Assembly: GCA_026395055.1 (NCBI GenBank)
Contig: JAPLZK010000001.1
Coordinates: 17,527-81,526 of the forward strand
From: Candidatus Uhrbacteria bacterium
GTDB taxonomy: Bacteria > Patescibacteriota > Patescibacteriia > UBA9934 > GWF2-40-263
Length of the DNA stretch: 64,000 bases
Direction: 5' to 3'
Shown: in pieces, positions 9,663 to 19,514 of the stretch
Layout: each line of letters opens with the position of its first letter
Numbering within the stretch: the stretch's first letter is position 1
Notes under the pieces: model-generated
The model's input: the letters and a program-made list of their open reading frames with translations, nothing else
The model's database searches: none
Told to the model about the DNA's origin: nothing
Made by a program: the position numbers and the translations under genes

Positions 9663-11096
9663 ATGATCTCTGCCCAATCTTTAGCAAAAAACTTCACCAT
9701 TCAAACCGCCGGAAAGATTTTTTCCATTTTAATCGGGCTCGCAACCATTGCGATCCTGACACGAGCCCTCAGCACAGAACAATTTGGGGAATACACAACC
9801 ACAACAACATTTCTTCAATTCTTTGGCATCCTCGTAGACTTTGGTTTCACCCTTACACTCCTTGTCATGATTTCCGAAAAAGGAGCACACGAAGAACATG
9901 TCATAGGAAATTTTCTTGGTCTACGTCTTGTCTCTGGTTTCATCCTCTTTGCATGTGCCCCAATCATTGTTCTCGCGCTTCCTTACTCATCAACCATTAA
10001 ACAAGCCGTTACCTTTGGGGCATTTGCTTACTTCCTGATGGGAGGTGCCTCCCTTCTTGTTGGAATATTTCAAAAATATGAAGCCATGTGGCGCGCAGCG
10101 CTCGCGGAACTTATCAATCGTTTTGTTCTTCTTCTCACAATCATCATCCTTGCATGGTTCCACTTCGGAGTGATCGCCTTTGTTGCCGCAATGATCCTTG
10201 CAAATGCCGTTTGGTTTTTCGTCATGATTCGATTCGCTAAACCATTCATCCGTGTTCGTTCACGTTTTGAAATCACGGCCTGGAAAAAAATCCTTTCGCG
10301 CAGCTGGCCCATTGCCGTCTCGATCATTTTTAACTTGATGTATTTAAAAGGAGATATTTTACTGCTCTCCTTGTATCGAACACAGGTAGAGGTTGGATTA
10401 TATGGTGTCGCGTATCGCATCATCGATATCCTCACCGTTATTCCAACCATGTTCATGGGATTACTCCTTCCATCCCTCACACACGCTTGGACAAATGGAG
10501 ACCATGAACAATTTCGCTCAAAGCTTTCACGCACCTTTGATCTCTTTATGATCTTTGTGATCCCAATCATTGCGGGTGCACAAATTGTTGGGGTAAAGTT
10601 AATCCAATTCATCGCGGGTGCTGGCTACGAACAATCCGGCGAAGTCATGAAGATCTTGATTCTCGCTTTATTTGGCGTATTCGTTGGGACTTTATTCGGC
10701 CACCTGGTTGTCGCCCTCAACAAACAACGTGCCATGATTTTTGGCTATGCTTCTGCGGCCATTCTCACGCTCGCTGGCTATCTTTTTACCATTCCTCGCT
10801 ATGGAATGTACGGCGCGGCGTGGATGACCGTGTTCTCGGAACTGTTTATCGCGATGGTCACGTTCGTTGTTGTGTACAAAACATCACGCGTCCTTCCGCA
10901 CCTCGGCGCATTTCTTAAATCCGTCTTCGCCGCACTCGTCATGTCGGGTTTCCTTCTCATCCTTCCCTCCATCCATGTGATCCTCGACATTCTCTTTGGA
11001 GCACTCGTGTATTTCGTGGTGATGATCCTTATTCGTGGAATCAATCTTGAGGATGCACGTCTTTTGTTACCGGGACGTTCTAAAAAATCCGTATGA
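9663..11096 (+). CDS. polysaccharide/lipid-linked oligosaccharide flippase (Wzx/MOP superfamily)
   Basis: 477 aa, ~12-14 TM helices, typical flippase topology. Confidence 0.65.
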   Translation: MISAQSLAKNFTIQTAGKIFSILIGLATIAILTRALSTEQFGEYTTTTTFLQFFGILVDFGFTLTLLVMISEKGAHEEHVIGNFLGLRLVSGFILFACAPIIVLALPYSSTIKQAVTFGAFAYFLMGGASLLVGIFQKYEAMWRAALAELINRFVLLLTIIILAWFHFGVIAFVAAMILANAVWFFVMIRFAKPFIRVRSRFEITAWKKILSRSWPIAVSIIFNLMYLKGDILLLSLYRTQVEVGLYGVAYRIIDILTVIPTMFMGLLLPSLTHAWTNGDHEQFRSKLSRTFDLFMIFVIPIIAGAQIVGVKLIQFIAGAGYEQSGEVMKILILALFGVFVGTLFGHLVVALNKQRAMIFGYASAAILTLAGYLFTIPRYGMYGAAWMTVFSELFIAMVTFVVVYKTSRVLPHLGAFLKSVFAALVMSGFLLILPSIHVILDILFGALVYFVVMILIRGINLEDARLLLPGRSKKSV

Positions 11097-12352
11097 TGTT
11101 CCTTCTTTTCCTTCTTCTCGCAATCTTTGCCTATCTCACGTGGCGCAATCTTGAAACGGGTATTCTTGTGCTGTGTGCATTGCTCCCGAGTTACTTGATA
11201 CGCTTCACGATCGGGAATATCCCAACAACATTTCTTGAAATGATGACACTGATAGTCATTCTTGTTTGGATCACGCAAAAAAAATGGAAGTTGGATATTG
11301 GAAGTTGGAAAAAAAATCCGCTTATCATTCCAATCACACTTCTTTTGATTGCAGCAACGATTGGAATTTTCCTCTCACCAGACAAACATGCAGCGATCGG
11401 AGTTTGGAAAGCGTTTTATATAGAACCGATTTTGTTGTTCTTTGTGCTTCGTGATGTGTTTACGAGATCCTTCACTTCGTTCAGGATGACGCGGGAAAAA
11501 ATATTTCAAACGTTCGGAGTGAGTGCACTCCTCATTTCCCTCTTCGGACTCGTTCAATATTTTTTCTCCATCGGAATTCCAGCTCCATGGGATCTTGAAC
11601 ACCGCATAACGAGCATATTTGATTATCCAAATGCACTCGCGTTATTTCTTGAACCCATTATTGTCATTTCGTGGTTTGAAATCGTGAGAATTACAAAGGA
11701 AACCACAAGAAACCAAAAGAAACCAAAAGAGTTTTGGTTCTGGATAGCCGTTTCGATCCTCTCGATGACGAATGTTTTTCTTGCACAATCCGAAGCAGGA
11801 CTTGCGGCACTCATTGTCACAGCCGTTTGCATCCTGCTCTTTTCAAGAACCACTCGTCGACAAACGCTTGCATCGATCCTGATCGCGGGCGCACTTGTTT
11901 TCACCATTCCAACATCGCGAACATACCTCATTCAAAAATTCACCTTCAGCGATTCTTCCGAACACGTTCGCCTTTCACAATGGAAAGAAACAATCACTCT
12001 TCTCAAAGATCACCCAATCTTTGGTGCCGGCCTCTCCGGATATCCGATTGTCATGAAGCCGTATCATCACGATCTCCAATATGAAATCTTTCAATATCCC
12101 CACAATATTCTGTTAAACATCTGGGTCGAGCTCGGATTGCTTGGACTGATTGCGTTTGCTCTTCTCGGATTTCAAATTCTTTTCCGCCCCTTCCGCCCTT
12201 TCAGCCTTTTTACATTCCTCTTTCTCGAGATTCTGCTTCACAGCCTCGTCGATGTTCCCTATTTTAAAAACGATCTCGCAATGATGACATGGATCCTGAT
12301 CGCATGTGCCCTCGCTGCACAAACACATACACTCAAAAAATCTTGCTCGTAA
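11093..12352 (+). CDS. O-antigen ligase/polymerase family membrane protein (Wzy_C domain)
   Basis: 419 aa polytopic; YPHNILLNIWVELGLLGL loop typical of Wzy_C; overlaps the flippase stop by 4 nt. Confidence 0.6.
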   Translation: MMFLLFLLLAIFAYLTWRNLETGILVLCALLPSYLIRFTIGNIPTTFLEMMTLIVILVWITQKKWKLDIGSWKKNPLIIPITLLLIAATIGIFLSPDKHAAIGVWKAFYIEPILLFFVLRDVFTRSFTSFRMTREKIFQTFGVSALLISLFGLVQYFFSIGIPAPWDLEHRITSIFDYPNALALFLEPIIVISWFEIVRITKETTRNQKKPKEFWFWIAVSILSMTNVFLAQSEAGLAALIVTAVCILLFSRTTRRQTLASILIAGALVFTIPTSRTYLIQKFTFSDSSEHVRLSQWKETITLLKDHPIFGAGLSGYPIVMKPYHHDLQYEIFQYPHNILLNIWVELGLLGLIAFALLGFQILFRPFRPFSLFTFLFLEILLHSLVDVPYFKNDLAMMTWILIACALAAQTHTLKKSCS

Positions 12353-12355
12353 TCT

Positions 12356-12970
12356 ATGGCAATCTTTAATCGCTCGCTCAAGACAAGCAAATCTTCTCTC
12401 GGTTTTTTTCCCATCCTTCTTGGACTTATTGTCATTGGAACGATTGGCCTTCAGATTTACAACCATGTCCCAACAACCCCAAACGTTCCACTTTTATTGA
12501 AGACCCCAGACATGATTGAACTTTCAAAGTTTGAAGACATCGCGTCACACACACAAACTCCTGTAACGCTTCCAGAAAAATTATTTGGGAGCTCCCTTTA
12601 TCTCATCGGGATTTATCCAAGCATCGCCAAAAACTGGCCTGCGAATTCCGTTTCCATGATTTTTGTGAAGGATAACGCGCGTTTTGTGGAAATGGATGTT
12701 CTTCCAAACACAACACTCGCGTCTGTATCCCCACAATACACAGCTTATCCACAAGAACCTGTTGCCATCGAAGGCGAGCTGAAAGGAACCCTCTTTCATC
12801 TGCGCAGTGGCTTTGATTGCACAACACCAAAACCAAATACTGTTCCGGCCATGTGTCTCATCACAAACATGCTGCTGTTTGAGAAAAATGGAACACTCAT
12901 TCAGATCTCAACAGACGGAAATCACATCACGCAAGGTGAACTCCTCGAGATGGCACGATCCATCAAATAA
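12356..12970 (+). CDS. hypothetical membrane-anchored protein
   Basis: 204 aa, single N-terminal TM helix, no recognisable domain. Confidence 0.5.
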   Translation: MAIFNRSLKTSKSSLGFFPILLGLIVIGTIGLQIYNHVPTTPNVPLLLKTPDMIELSKFEDIASHTQTPVTLPEKLFGSSLYLIGIYPSIAKNWPANSVSMIFVKDNARFVEMDVLPNTTLASVSPQYTAYPQEPVAIEGELKGTLFHLRSGFDCTTPKPNTVPAMCLITNMLLFEKNGTLIQISTDGNHITQGELLEMARSIK

Positions 12971-13005
12971 AAAACCTCGCCGTTATACGGCGGGGTTTTC
13001 TCTTA
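12969..13005. terminator. bidirectional terminator
   Basis: CCTCGCCG-TTATA-CGGCGGGG hairpin flanked by A-run and T-run. Confidence 0.55.
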
Positions 13006-13963
13006 CAACTTCTTTTGAAATGACAGGTGGTTTTTTTATCGGGAATGGTTCACGCCACAATTCATATTGATCATTGAAGGTTTCACGCAGAAGATGATAC
13101 GGATTATTTTGTTTACGTTCGATTGTTTTCTCCTCAGGGAGAACAATTTTTTCATCGCGGATATACTGAGAAACCCACTCATAGCTTTTTGCAAGAATAT
13201 CGAGCGTGCTTTGTTGTTTGAATCGAGCGGCTAATTTCATTTGTGACTCGAGCTGAGTGGAGATCTCATACAAAAGAAGTGCGCGCACGGGATGTTTCTC
13301 GAGTGTACGTTGTTTTCCTTGAACCCATGTGCGCGCAAGGTCTGTCAGGCGTAATGGATCCAAGACCAAAAGAATTTTTGGGACTCTGTGCAATGCACCA
13401 AGAGGTTTTCCATCTGGAGATTGATCGTATTTTATTTTTCCAAGATTTCCAGAACGAACATCTCGTGCAATATACGAAAGTTTATCCAACAAAATATCTT
13501 TGCTTGACGTCGTTGTAAAATCAACAAGAAGCGGTGGTGGTTGTGTCCCCTCACCTTCTGGGAATTTAATGATCATGTCCACCCCCTGAAAGACATCATC
13601 AAAATCAGAGGTGTGTTGGGTGACCACCCCTTCCCCAAACCACTGATTCAAATCAATTTGTTCTGTAAGGATGGCCTCAAGTACGTTTCCACGACGCTGC
13701 CCTGCTTCCGATACGGGATCTTTTTTAAAAGTAAACTTGCGCTTACGATCTTCTACGTCGCGGAGATCACGCGCAACATCCGCCTTCCCATACACAGACG
13801 TAAATGGACCCATCTGTATTTGATCTACCTCAGTTCGAAGCGCTTTTGCATAAGATACATCTAAGACAACCTGATCATTCTCAAGTGCAATTTCCTGAAC
13901 AACCTTTTGTTTTTCCACTTCTTTTGGCGTTCGAAAAAAGGGTTCTGAGCGTGGTCGATCCAT
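12983..13963 (-). CDS. hypothetical protein, paralog of 13973-15556
   Basis: 326 aa; shares conserved blocks with its neighbour (LEAIxxEQIxLNxWxG, GxDxxxxF, HPVR). Confidence 0.6.
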   Translation of the reverse strand: MDRPRSEPFFRTPKEVEKQKVVQEIALENDQVVLDVSYAKALRTEVDQIQMGPFTSVYGKADVARDLRDVEDRKRKFTFKKDPVSEAGQRRGNVLEAILTEQIDLNQWFGEGVVTQHTSDFDDVFQGVDMIIKFPEGEGTQPPPLLVDFTTTSSKDILLDKLSYIARDVRSGNLGKIKYDQSPDGKPLGALHRVPKILLVLDPLRLTDLARTWVQGKQRTLEKHPVRALLLYEISTQLESQMKLAARFKQQSTLDILAKSYEWVSQYIRDEKIVLPEEKTIERKQNNPYHLLRETFNDQYELWREPFPIKKPPVISKEVVRENPAV

Positions 13964-13972
13964 AAAGCATAA

Positions 13973-15556
13973 TTACGCGGCAAGTTTTTGATTCGCCTTC
14001 TTTTCCAGAGCGACTCGTTGTTCTAAAGCTGCTTTTGCCTTATTCAACTCTCGTAATCGTTCAAATTCTTTTGCGAGAAATTTTATTTCTGGATCAACAG
14101 ATATGTCCCCCTGTTTTCTTTGTCGAATAAGAGATTCATATCTGGCCACCAATTCTTTTTTTGTTGGCACACCATTCGGAAACTCAGTTTGTTTCACAAT
14201 AGGCGCGACTTCTGGTTGCTGTTCCGGTTTTTGCTTCAATAATTCTTTTCCGAATCCCAATGCTCCTCTAAAAAATCTCAGTTCGCCTGCGATAGAAATA
14301 TCTCCAAGTGCCAACCGTTGTACAAGAATGTCATAACGCTCTTGTTGCTTCTCGATTGATAAACGGACCAAACGTTCTTTTGGCCAGATCCCCTTATGCT
14401 CTCCCAATCCTTTAAAAAATTCTGCGCGTGTCTGCTTTTTTTTAGACACTTCCGGTGTTACCACTTCTGTCACGACGCCGACTCCTTTGTTTTCTATTGT
14501 CTGAGCCTTGTCCTGAGAAGATTTCGTATGTTCTTTTTGAACAAGCAGCTTCTGCAGTTTATTTTCTAAATCGAATGTTGGAAGTGCTGCTTTCTTTTTC
14601 TTCGCGATTTTTAATTTTAATTCTAGTTCTTCCATGCGTTCTACATTTTCGGGATCAAAGACATTCTTCACGGAATTTTTAATTGTCTCTGCACCTTGAT
14701 CAACATAGCTTATCTTTGATGGCGAAACGCGTGACGCTGTACGTTGCATGGCCCCGTACTGAGCAGATAAAACTTCAACGAGCTTTGCAGCTTTTGGATT
14801 TCCACTTGCCTCAAGCGCGTGTGCATACGCAAGCTGACCCGCGAGCTGATCTACAATTTCCTTCATAATGGTTTGCCTGACTGGATGTTCTGCAAGAGCT
14901 GTTTGATTTCCTTGTACCCAAAGACGTGCAATATCAACAACATGTTGTTTTTCAAGAGCGAGAACAATTTTAGGAATAAATCGCTTTCGACCCTGAATAC
15001 TTTGATCTACCGTTTGAAAATACGTCATTTCTCCCAATTCCCCCCTATTGAGTTGCGAACGGATCTTTTCCAGTTTCAAACGAATAACCTGCCCTTTTCC
15101 GTGCGTGGCATCAATCGCAAACCCCATGTGTCTTAAGGCTCCATCCTCATTAAACTCTGTCACGAAATCAATGCCATTCGCATAGTCATCGTATTCACAG
15201 GTTTGTTGTGTATTGATGTTCGGCCCGAGCCATTCGTTCAATTCTATTTGTTCAATCACAATGGCTTCCAGGATCTTTCCCAATTGACGCATTTCTCCCA
15301 TTTCCGGATTCGCTGATCCGTGATCAAAAATACCACGAAGGCGCTCAACCTCTTTTGCCTGTGCTCTTAATTGTTTTTTTCCATAAACCCCCTCAAAATC
15401 CTCAACCTGAATCTGATCCGTCTCTGTCTCCAACGCTTTTTGATACGCAGCTTCAAGAACCACTCGATCACTCTCAAGTTCTTTTCCCTCTTTTCCTTTT
15501 TCCCTTGCAGCTTCCTTCGCCGCTTGAAAATGAGCCTCCTGACGAAATCGTTCCAT
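13973..15556 (-). CDS. hypothetical protein, paralog of 12983-13963 with K/E-rich coiled-coil C-terminal extension
   Basis: 527 aa; N-terminal ~270 aa homologous to the neighbour. Confidence 0.6.
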   Translation of the reverse strand: MERFRQEAHFQAAKEAAREKGKEGKELESDRVVLEAAYQKALETETDQIQVEDFEGVYGKKQLRAQAKEVERLRGIFDHGSANPEMGEMRQLGKILEAIVIEQIELNEWLGPNINTQQTCEYDDYANGIDFVTEFNEDGALRHMGFAIDATHGKGQVIRLKLEKIRSQLNRGELGEMTYFQTVDQSIQGRKRFIPKIVLALEKQHVVDIARLWVQGNQTALAEHPVRQTIMKEIVDQLAGQLAYAHALEASGNPKAAKLVEVLSAQYGAMQRTASRVSPSKISYVDQGAETIKNSVKNVFDPENVERMEELELKLKIAKKKKAALPTFDLENKLQKLLVQKEHTKSSQDKAQTIENKGVGVVTEVVTPEVSKKKQTRAEFFKGLGEHKGIWPKERLVRLSIEKQQERYDILVQRLALGDISIAGELRFFRGALGFGKELLKQKPEQQPEVAPIVKQTEFPNGVPTKKELVARYESLIRQRKQGDISVDPEIKFLAKEFERLRELNKAKAALEQRVALEKKANQKLAA

Positions 15557-15617
15557 ACGAAATAGTTATGTTACACGCATGATATCAAAAACCGTCGCGA
15601 AGTGCGACGGTGATGAA

Positions 15618-15824
15618 CTATTTCTTTTTCCAAACCATTTTACTAAAGATAAAGATATAGAGTATTTCCAGAATTCCGACGGTATTGATTAGCAACAACG
15701 CCACAAACCAGCGTGCATCTTTCTTCTGCGCGGCTTTCCAAAGCGCAACACCTTTCCATGGAAGCGTCCAGATGGTGAGCGCTCCTAAAATCCAAACGGG
15801 TAAACCGTTTAAAACTTGGTACAT
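15618..15824 (-). CDS. small membrane protein
   Basis: 68 aa, two TM helices, Lys-rich C-terminus. Confidence 0.4.
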   Translation of the reverse strand: MYQVLNGLPVWILGALTIWTLPWKGVALWKAAQKKDARWFVALLLINTVGILEILYIFIFSKMVWKKK

Positions 15825-15833
15825 ATTTCTCTG

Positions 15834-17090
15834 TTAAAAAAGGAATAAAGAAACTCCGGCTGCGAACATCACAATGGTTGCAAGAAGACCTAACACATTC
15901 GAAAGTTTTCCGTTTGTGTGTTTCCCCATGATTTTTTTATTATTTGAAATGAGCAAAATAAGTACAAGAAGAATTGGTGCAACGAGTCCATTCAACACCG
16001 CTGTGTAATACAACACTTTGAAGGGAGGAATGTTTAGGAAATTTACGAACAACCCAATAACCGTCGCAAGAATGATCACGCCATAAAATGCAGGAGCTTC
16101 ACGCCATTTCTTTGAGAGACCGCTTTTCCATCCAAATGCCTCTGCAATTGCATATGAAGCAGAACCCGTAAGAATAGGTACAGCAAGAAGTCCAACGCCC
16201 ATGATTCCGATCATAAACAGGAGCGACGCGAAATTTCCTGCGATTGGGCGCAGCGCTTGCGCTGCCTGTGTTGCTGTTTCAATGTGTGTGATTCCATTTG
16301 CTCCAAGTGTCGCAGCCGCTGTCACGATAATAAAGAACATCATGAGGTTAGAAAAGAACATGCCAATTCCAGTATCGATCCAAAGATCTTTGAAGTCGGA
16401 TTTCACAACGATCGGTTTTCCGATCCCGAATCCTAAAATTTTATGATGTTCAATTTCCTCTTCTACTTCTTCATCCGCTTGCCAGAAAAAAAGATACGGA
16501 GAAATGGTGGTTCCTAAAATTGCGACAATGTTCAGAATATACTCTTTGTTCCAAGAAAACGCGGGGGCAATCGTGGACCATGCAACAAGCATCCAGTCTT
16601 GATGAACTAAAAATGCGGCAGCAACGTAAGAAAGCAAGGAAAGCGTTAACACTTTTAGAAATTTTGCATACATTGGATACGGAACAAAAATTTGCAGAAG
16701 AACCGTTCCGACAGTAATCACAAAGAGCCACAACGCAAATGGAAGTCCGAAGAGTACTTGTGTCGTAGAAGCCATTGCTCCAAGATCCGCACCAACGTTA
16801 ATCGTGTTTGCAATAAACAAAAGCGCCACAGCAATCGCCAGAACTTTTTTGGAATAATATTTTCTGATCACTCCAGAAAGCCCCTCTCCTGTTACCGTTC
16901 CAATTCTTCCACACATTTCTTGCACGATAAGCATGAGCGGAAAAGAAAACAACGCTGTCCAGAGTTGGGTGTATCCAAATTGGGCTCCTGTTTGTGAGTA
17001 CGTGGCGATTCCAGATGGGTCATCGTCTGCGGCTCCGGTGATAAATCCTGGACCAAGGCGTTGCCACAGCGTTTTTTTCTTTTCGATCAT
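15834..17090 (-). CDS. mntH: NRAMP family divalent metal (Mn2+/Fe2+) transporter
   Basis: GPGFITGAADDDPSGIATYSQTGAQFGY Nramp signature; 11-12 TM helices. Start moved to MIEKKK because the track's upstream GTG lies inside a terminator hairpin. Confidence 0.8.
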   Translation of the reverse strand: MIEKKKTLWQRLGPGFITGAADDDPSGIATYSQTGAQFGYTQLWTALFSFPLMLIVQEMCGRIGTVTGEGLSGVIRKYYSKKVLAIAVALLFIANTINVGADLGAMASTTQVLFGLPFALWLFVITVGTVLLQIFVPYPMYAKFLKVLTLSLLSYVAAAFLVHQDWMLVAWSTIAPAFSWNKEYILNIVAILGTTISPYLFFWQADEEVEEEIEHHKILGFGIGKPIVVKSDFKDLWIDTGIGMFFSNLMMFFIIVTAAATLGANGITHIETATQAAQALRPIAGNFASLLFMIGIMGVGLLAVPILTGSASYAIAEAFGWKSGLSKKWREAPAFYGVIILATVIGLFVNFLNIPPFKVLYYTAVLNGLVAPILLVLILLISNNKKIMGKHTNGKLSNVLGLLATIVMFAAGVSLFLF

Positions 17091-17107
17091 ACTCGGGCAG
17101 TATAACA

Positions 17108-17140
17108 AAAAAACCCTCACATGTGCGAGGGTTTTCGTTT
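17108..17140 (-). terminator. terminator of the reductase gene
   Basis: AAAACCCTCACATGTGCGAGGGTTTT hairpin with T-run. Confidence 0.55.
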
Positions 17141-18631
17141 TTAAAATCCCGGAAAATAATCTACCCGAATCTGTTTGCTTGGAACCCCCATGGATTTCAC
17201 CAACTTTACATAATTCTCAACCATCATCGGTGGGCCAGAGAAATAAAATGTTCTGGAAAGAAAATCGGGAACCTCTGCCTCAATCAGTTCTTTTGTTATG
17301 AACCCACTCTTTCCTTGCCATGCTGGAGATGGTTTCGCAACAACACAGCTTAAGCGTGCTCCAATCTGATTACAGATCTGATCAAATTCTGCTTTATAGG
17401 CACAATCGTTTTCTGTGTTGATGCAGCAGAACAACACAACGTCTCGTTTTTGATGCGTGGCCGCAAGCTCACGAATCATACTGCGAAACGGCGTGATTCC
17501 AATTCCTCCTGCAATCCAAACCATTTTCCGTGCTGGATCTTTTGGCAAAACGAAATCTCCGGCAAGATTTGAGGCAACAAGCTGATCTCCCGGCTTCATT
17601 TCAAGTAACTGTTGTTTAAACGTACTTGAATGCGCGCGATCAACCCGAACCCCGAGATGAACTTCATCATCAGATGGTGCGGATGCAATCGTAAAAAATC
17701 GACGATTTCCCCGTGAATCTGTTTTGTGAAGCGGAAGGGTCCACTCAAGATACTGCCCTGGATGAAACGCTAATTTTTTATCTGGCGTAAAGACGAAGTT
17801 GCAAACCTGTTCTGTTTCACACGTCATACTCTTAAACGTAAGACGTAAAACTTGTCTTGAACTCACAATATAGGCAAAGATATTTCCAATGAGCAGCGCA
17901 AGTTCTGGAGACATCACGAGTGGGCCCATGGCGAACATCACCATGAATAACACCCCAACTCCTGAACCAAAAATAATCTGATCGCGTTTCATGGCGGGTG
18001 CTGTTCGTGGTTCTGTGAGCATCATGGTTCCAAAAAAGACCAATGGCCAAGAAAGAAAAAGTGAGGAAACAGAAATACCTTGAAGCAAACCTGTTACGAT
18101 TGCCGCAACAGTGAATGCACCAACTTCCTCAAAACGTCTGATCTTTCTTACGACCATGAGTCCAAACACCAATGCAACGGGCAACAACCATGGTGTTGCC
18201 ACCCACCAAATCACCAAAGGGATTTGAAAAAGATCGAATAAAAATGCCGTGATTGCAATTGGGTTAAAGAGATGTTTTCCTCCAATCGCAAAAAGATATT
18301 TTGAGGCTTGCGCAACCAGTGCAACACAAGCGAGCATGAGTGCATTTTGCACGGTCAGCACGGTTGGATCAAATACGAAAAATAATAACAAGGCCGTAAT
18401 GAACATGGATTCCGCATTCATCGCTGCACGTGTTATTTTTGCAAAAAAGACATTTCCTGCAAATGATCCAAACAAAAGAATCACGAGTGCAAGCACCATG
18501 CTCACGACAGAAAAATGCACCTTACCGAACGCGGCAAGGATTATGGAATACCCTGCCTCTATGAAGAGTCCGTACAACATCAACCGATACATGGTGATGC
18601 TGTTTAAAAATTTATCCATAAACTTCATCAT
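17141..18631 (-). CDS. fusion protein: N-terminal RnfD/NqrB-like membrane domain + C-terminal FNR-like FAD/NAD(P)-binding reductase domain
   Basis: N-terminal GGKHLFNPIA and TEPRTAP resemble RnfD/NqrB NPFNPA and TDPVTSP blocks; C-terminal RRFFTIAS (RxYS FAD motif) and WIAGGIGITP (NAD(P) motif). Confidence 0.65.
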   Translation of the reverse strand: MMKFMDKFLNSITMYRLMLYGLFIEAGYSIILAAFGKVHFSVVSMVLALVILLFGSFAGNVFFAKITRAAMNAESMFITALLLFFVFDPTVLTVQNALMLACVALVAQASKYLFAIGGKHLFNPIAITAFLFDLFQIPLVIWWVATPWLLPVALVFGLMVVRKIRRFEEVGAFTVAAIVTGLLQGISVSSLFLSWPLVFFGTMMLTEPRTAPAMKRDQIIFGSGVGVLFMVMFAMGPLVMSPELALLIGNIFAYIVSSRQVLRLTFKSMTCETEQVCNFVFTPDKKLAFHPGQYLEWTLPLHKTDSRGNRRFFTIASAPSDDEVHLGVRVDRAHSSTFKQQLLEMKPGDQLVASNLAGDFVLPKDPARKMVWIAGGIGITPFRSMIRELAATHQKRDVVLFCCINTENDCAYKAEFDQICNQIGARLSCVVAKPSPAWQGKSGFITKELIEAEVPDFLSRTFYFSGPPMMVENYVKLVKSMGVPSKQIRVDYFPGF

Positions 18632-18643
18632 ATCTTTTTCCCT

Positions 18644-19513
18644 TTAGGTGATGAATAATTCCGCTGGAAAATCTTGAGACATTTTAAACGTGTATTCTGC
18701 GGAGACAATCAAGTACGCAAAATCAAATTCTTTCTGTAATACCTCTGGCTCCACAAAAAATAAACAGGTTGTGAGTGCGTCGGCGGTGCGTGCATTTTTT
18801 GCAATCACCCAAACAGCAGCAAGATGTTTTGGAGACGTGAGTGTGAACGGATCCATGATGTGATGAAATTGTTTCCATGCACGTCTGTTTCCTGCAGAGC
18901 CACAAATACTTTCATTTCCAATCTGTGCAACACCAATCACGGAGGTTGAGTCATTCGGGTGTTCAAGCCCAACACGAATCTTTTTTTCCGGAACATCTGC
19001 ATGCAGAATATCACCCCCTGCATTGATCGTAAATGCAGAAACCCCATTTCGTTGCAGTAAATCCCCGACAATATCAATCAAATATCCTTTTCCCGCCGCC
19101 CCAACATCAATAAGAACAGGTTGTTTAATAAGAAGTTTTGGAAATGCGTATTCCATTGCCAATTCCCAATGCATTGGTGAAGACAAGGATTTTGGCTCGA
19201 GAGAATATGTTGCATCATAGCCCGCATCCGATAACACATTTCCAATGAGAGGTGTTACGGATCCGTTCGTAAGCCGATACATTTTTTCATAAAGATCGAA
19301 CAGGGGTTTTGCATCGTCTGGCAAAACGTATTCTCCTGATTGTTTTGACATGCTCGCAATCAACGAGTCATCACGAAAACGCGAATAGTGTTTGTCGTAA
19401 ACAGCAATGCGCTTCTGTATCAATTTAAAAATATCCGATGCTTGCGAATCGGATATTTCGGTCAGGAGATCAATTTTCCAGTGTGTGCCAATGGCTTCAA
19501 ACTCCCAAGTCAT
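18644..19513 (-). CDS. apbE: FAD:protein FMN transferase (ApbE)
   Basis: GKGYLID and HIMDPFT motifs. Start taken at MTWEFEAIGTHW, whose ATG abuts the stop of the upstream FMN_bind gene. Confidence 0.85.
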   Translation of the reverse strand: MTWEFEAIGTHWKIDLLTEISDSQASDIFKLIQKRIAVYDKHYSRFRDDSLIASMSKQSGEYVLPDDAKPLFDLYEKMYRLTNGSVTPLIGNVLSDAGYDATYSLEPKSLSSPMHWELAMEYAFPKLLIKQPVLIDVGAAGKGYLIDIVGDLLQRNGVSAFTINAGGDILHADVPEKKIRVGLEHPNDSTSVIGVAQIGNESICGSAGNRRAWKQFHHIMDPFTLTSPKHLAAVWVIAKNARTADALTTCLFFVEPEVLQKEFDFAYLIVSAEYTFKMSQDFPAELFIT

Positions 19514-19514
19514 A

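Noticed and set aside
10070-10612. 180-aa minus-strand ORF
   Set aside because: Antisense to the flippase gene, whose hydrophobic periodicity is consistent on the plus strand.
11690-11730. Short tandem repeat GAAACCAAAA x2-3
   Set aside because: Inside the Wzy-like CDS (encodes KETTRNQKKPKE loop); too short to call a VNTR without population data.
17091-17120. Upstream GTG start of mntH proposed by the ORF track
   Set aside because: Lies inside the terminator hairpin of the preceding gene; the conserved Nramp N-terminus starts at the next Met.
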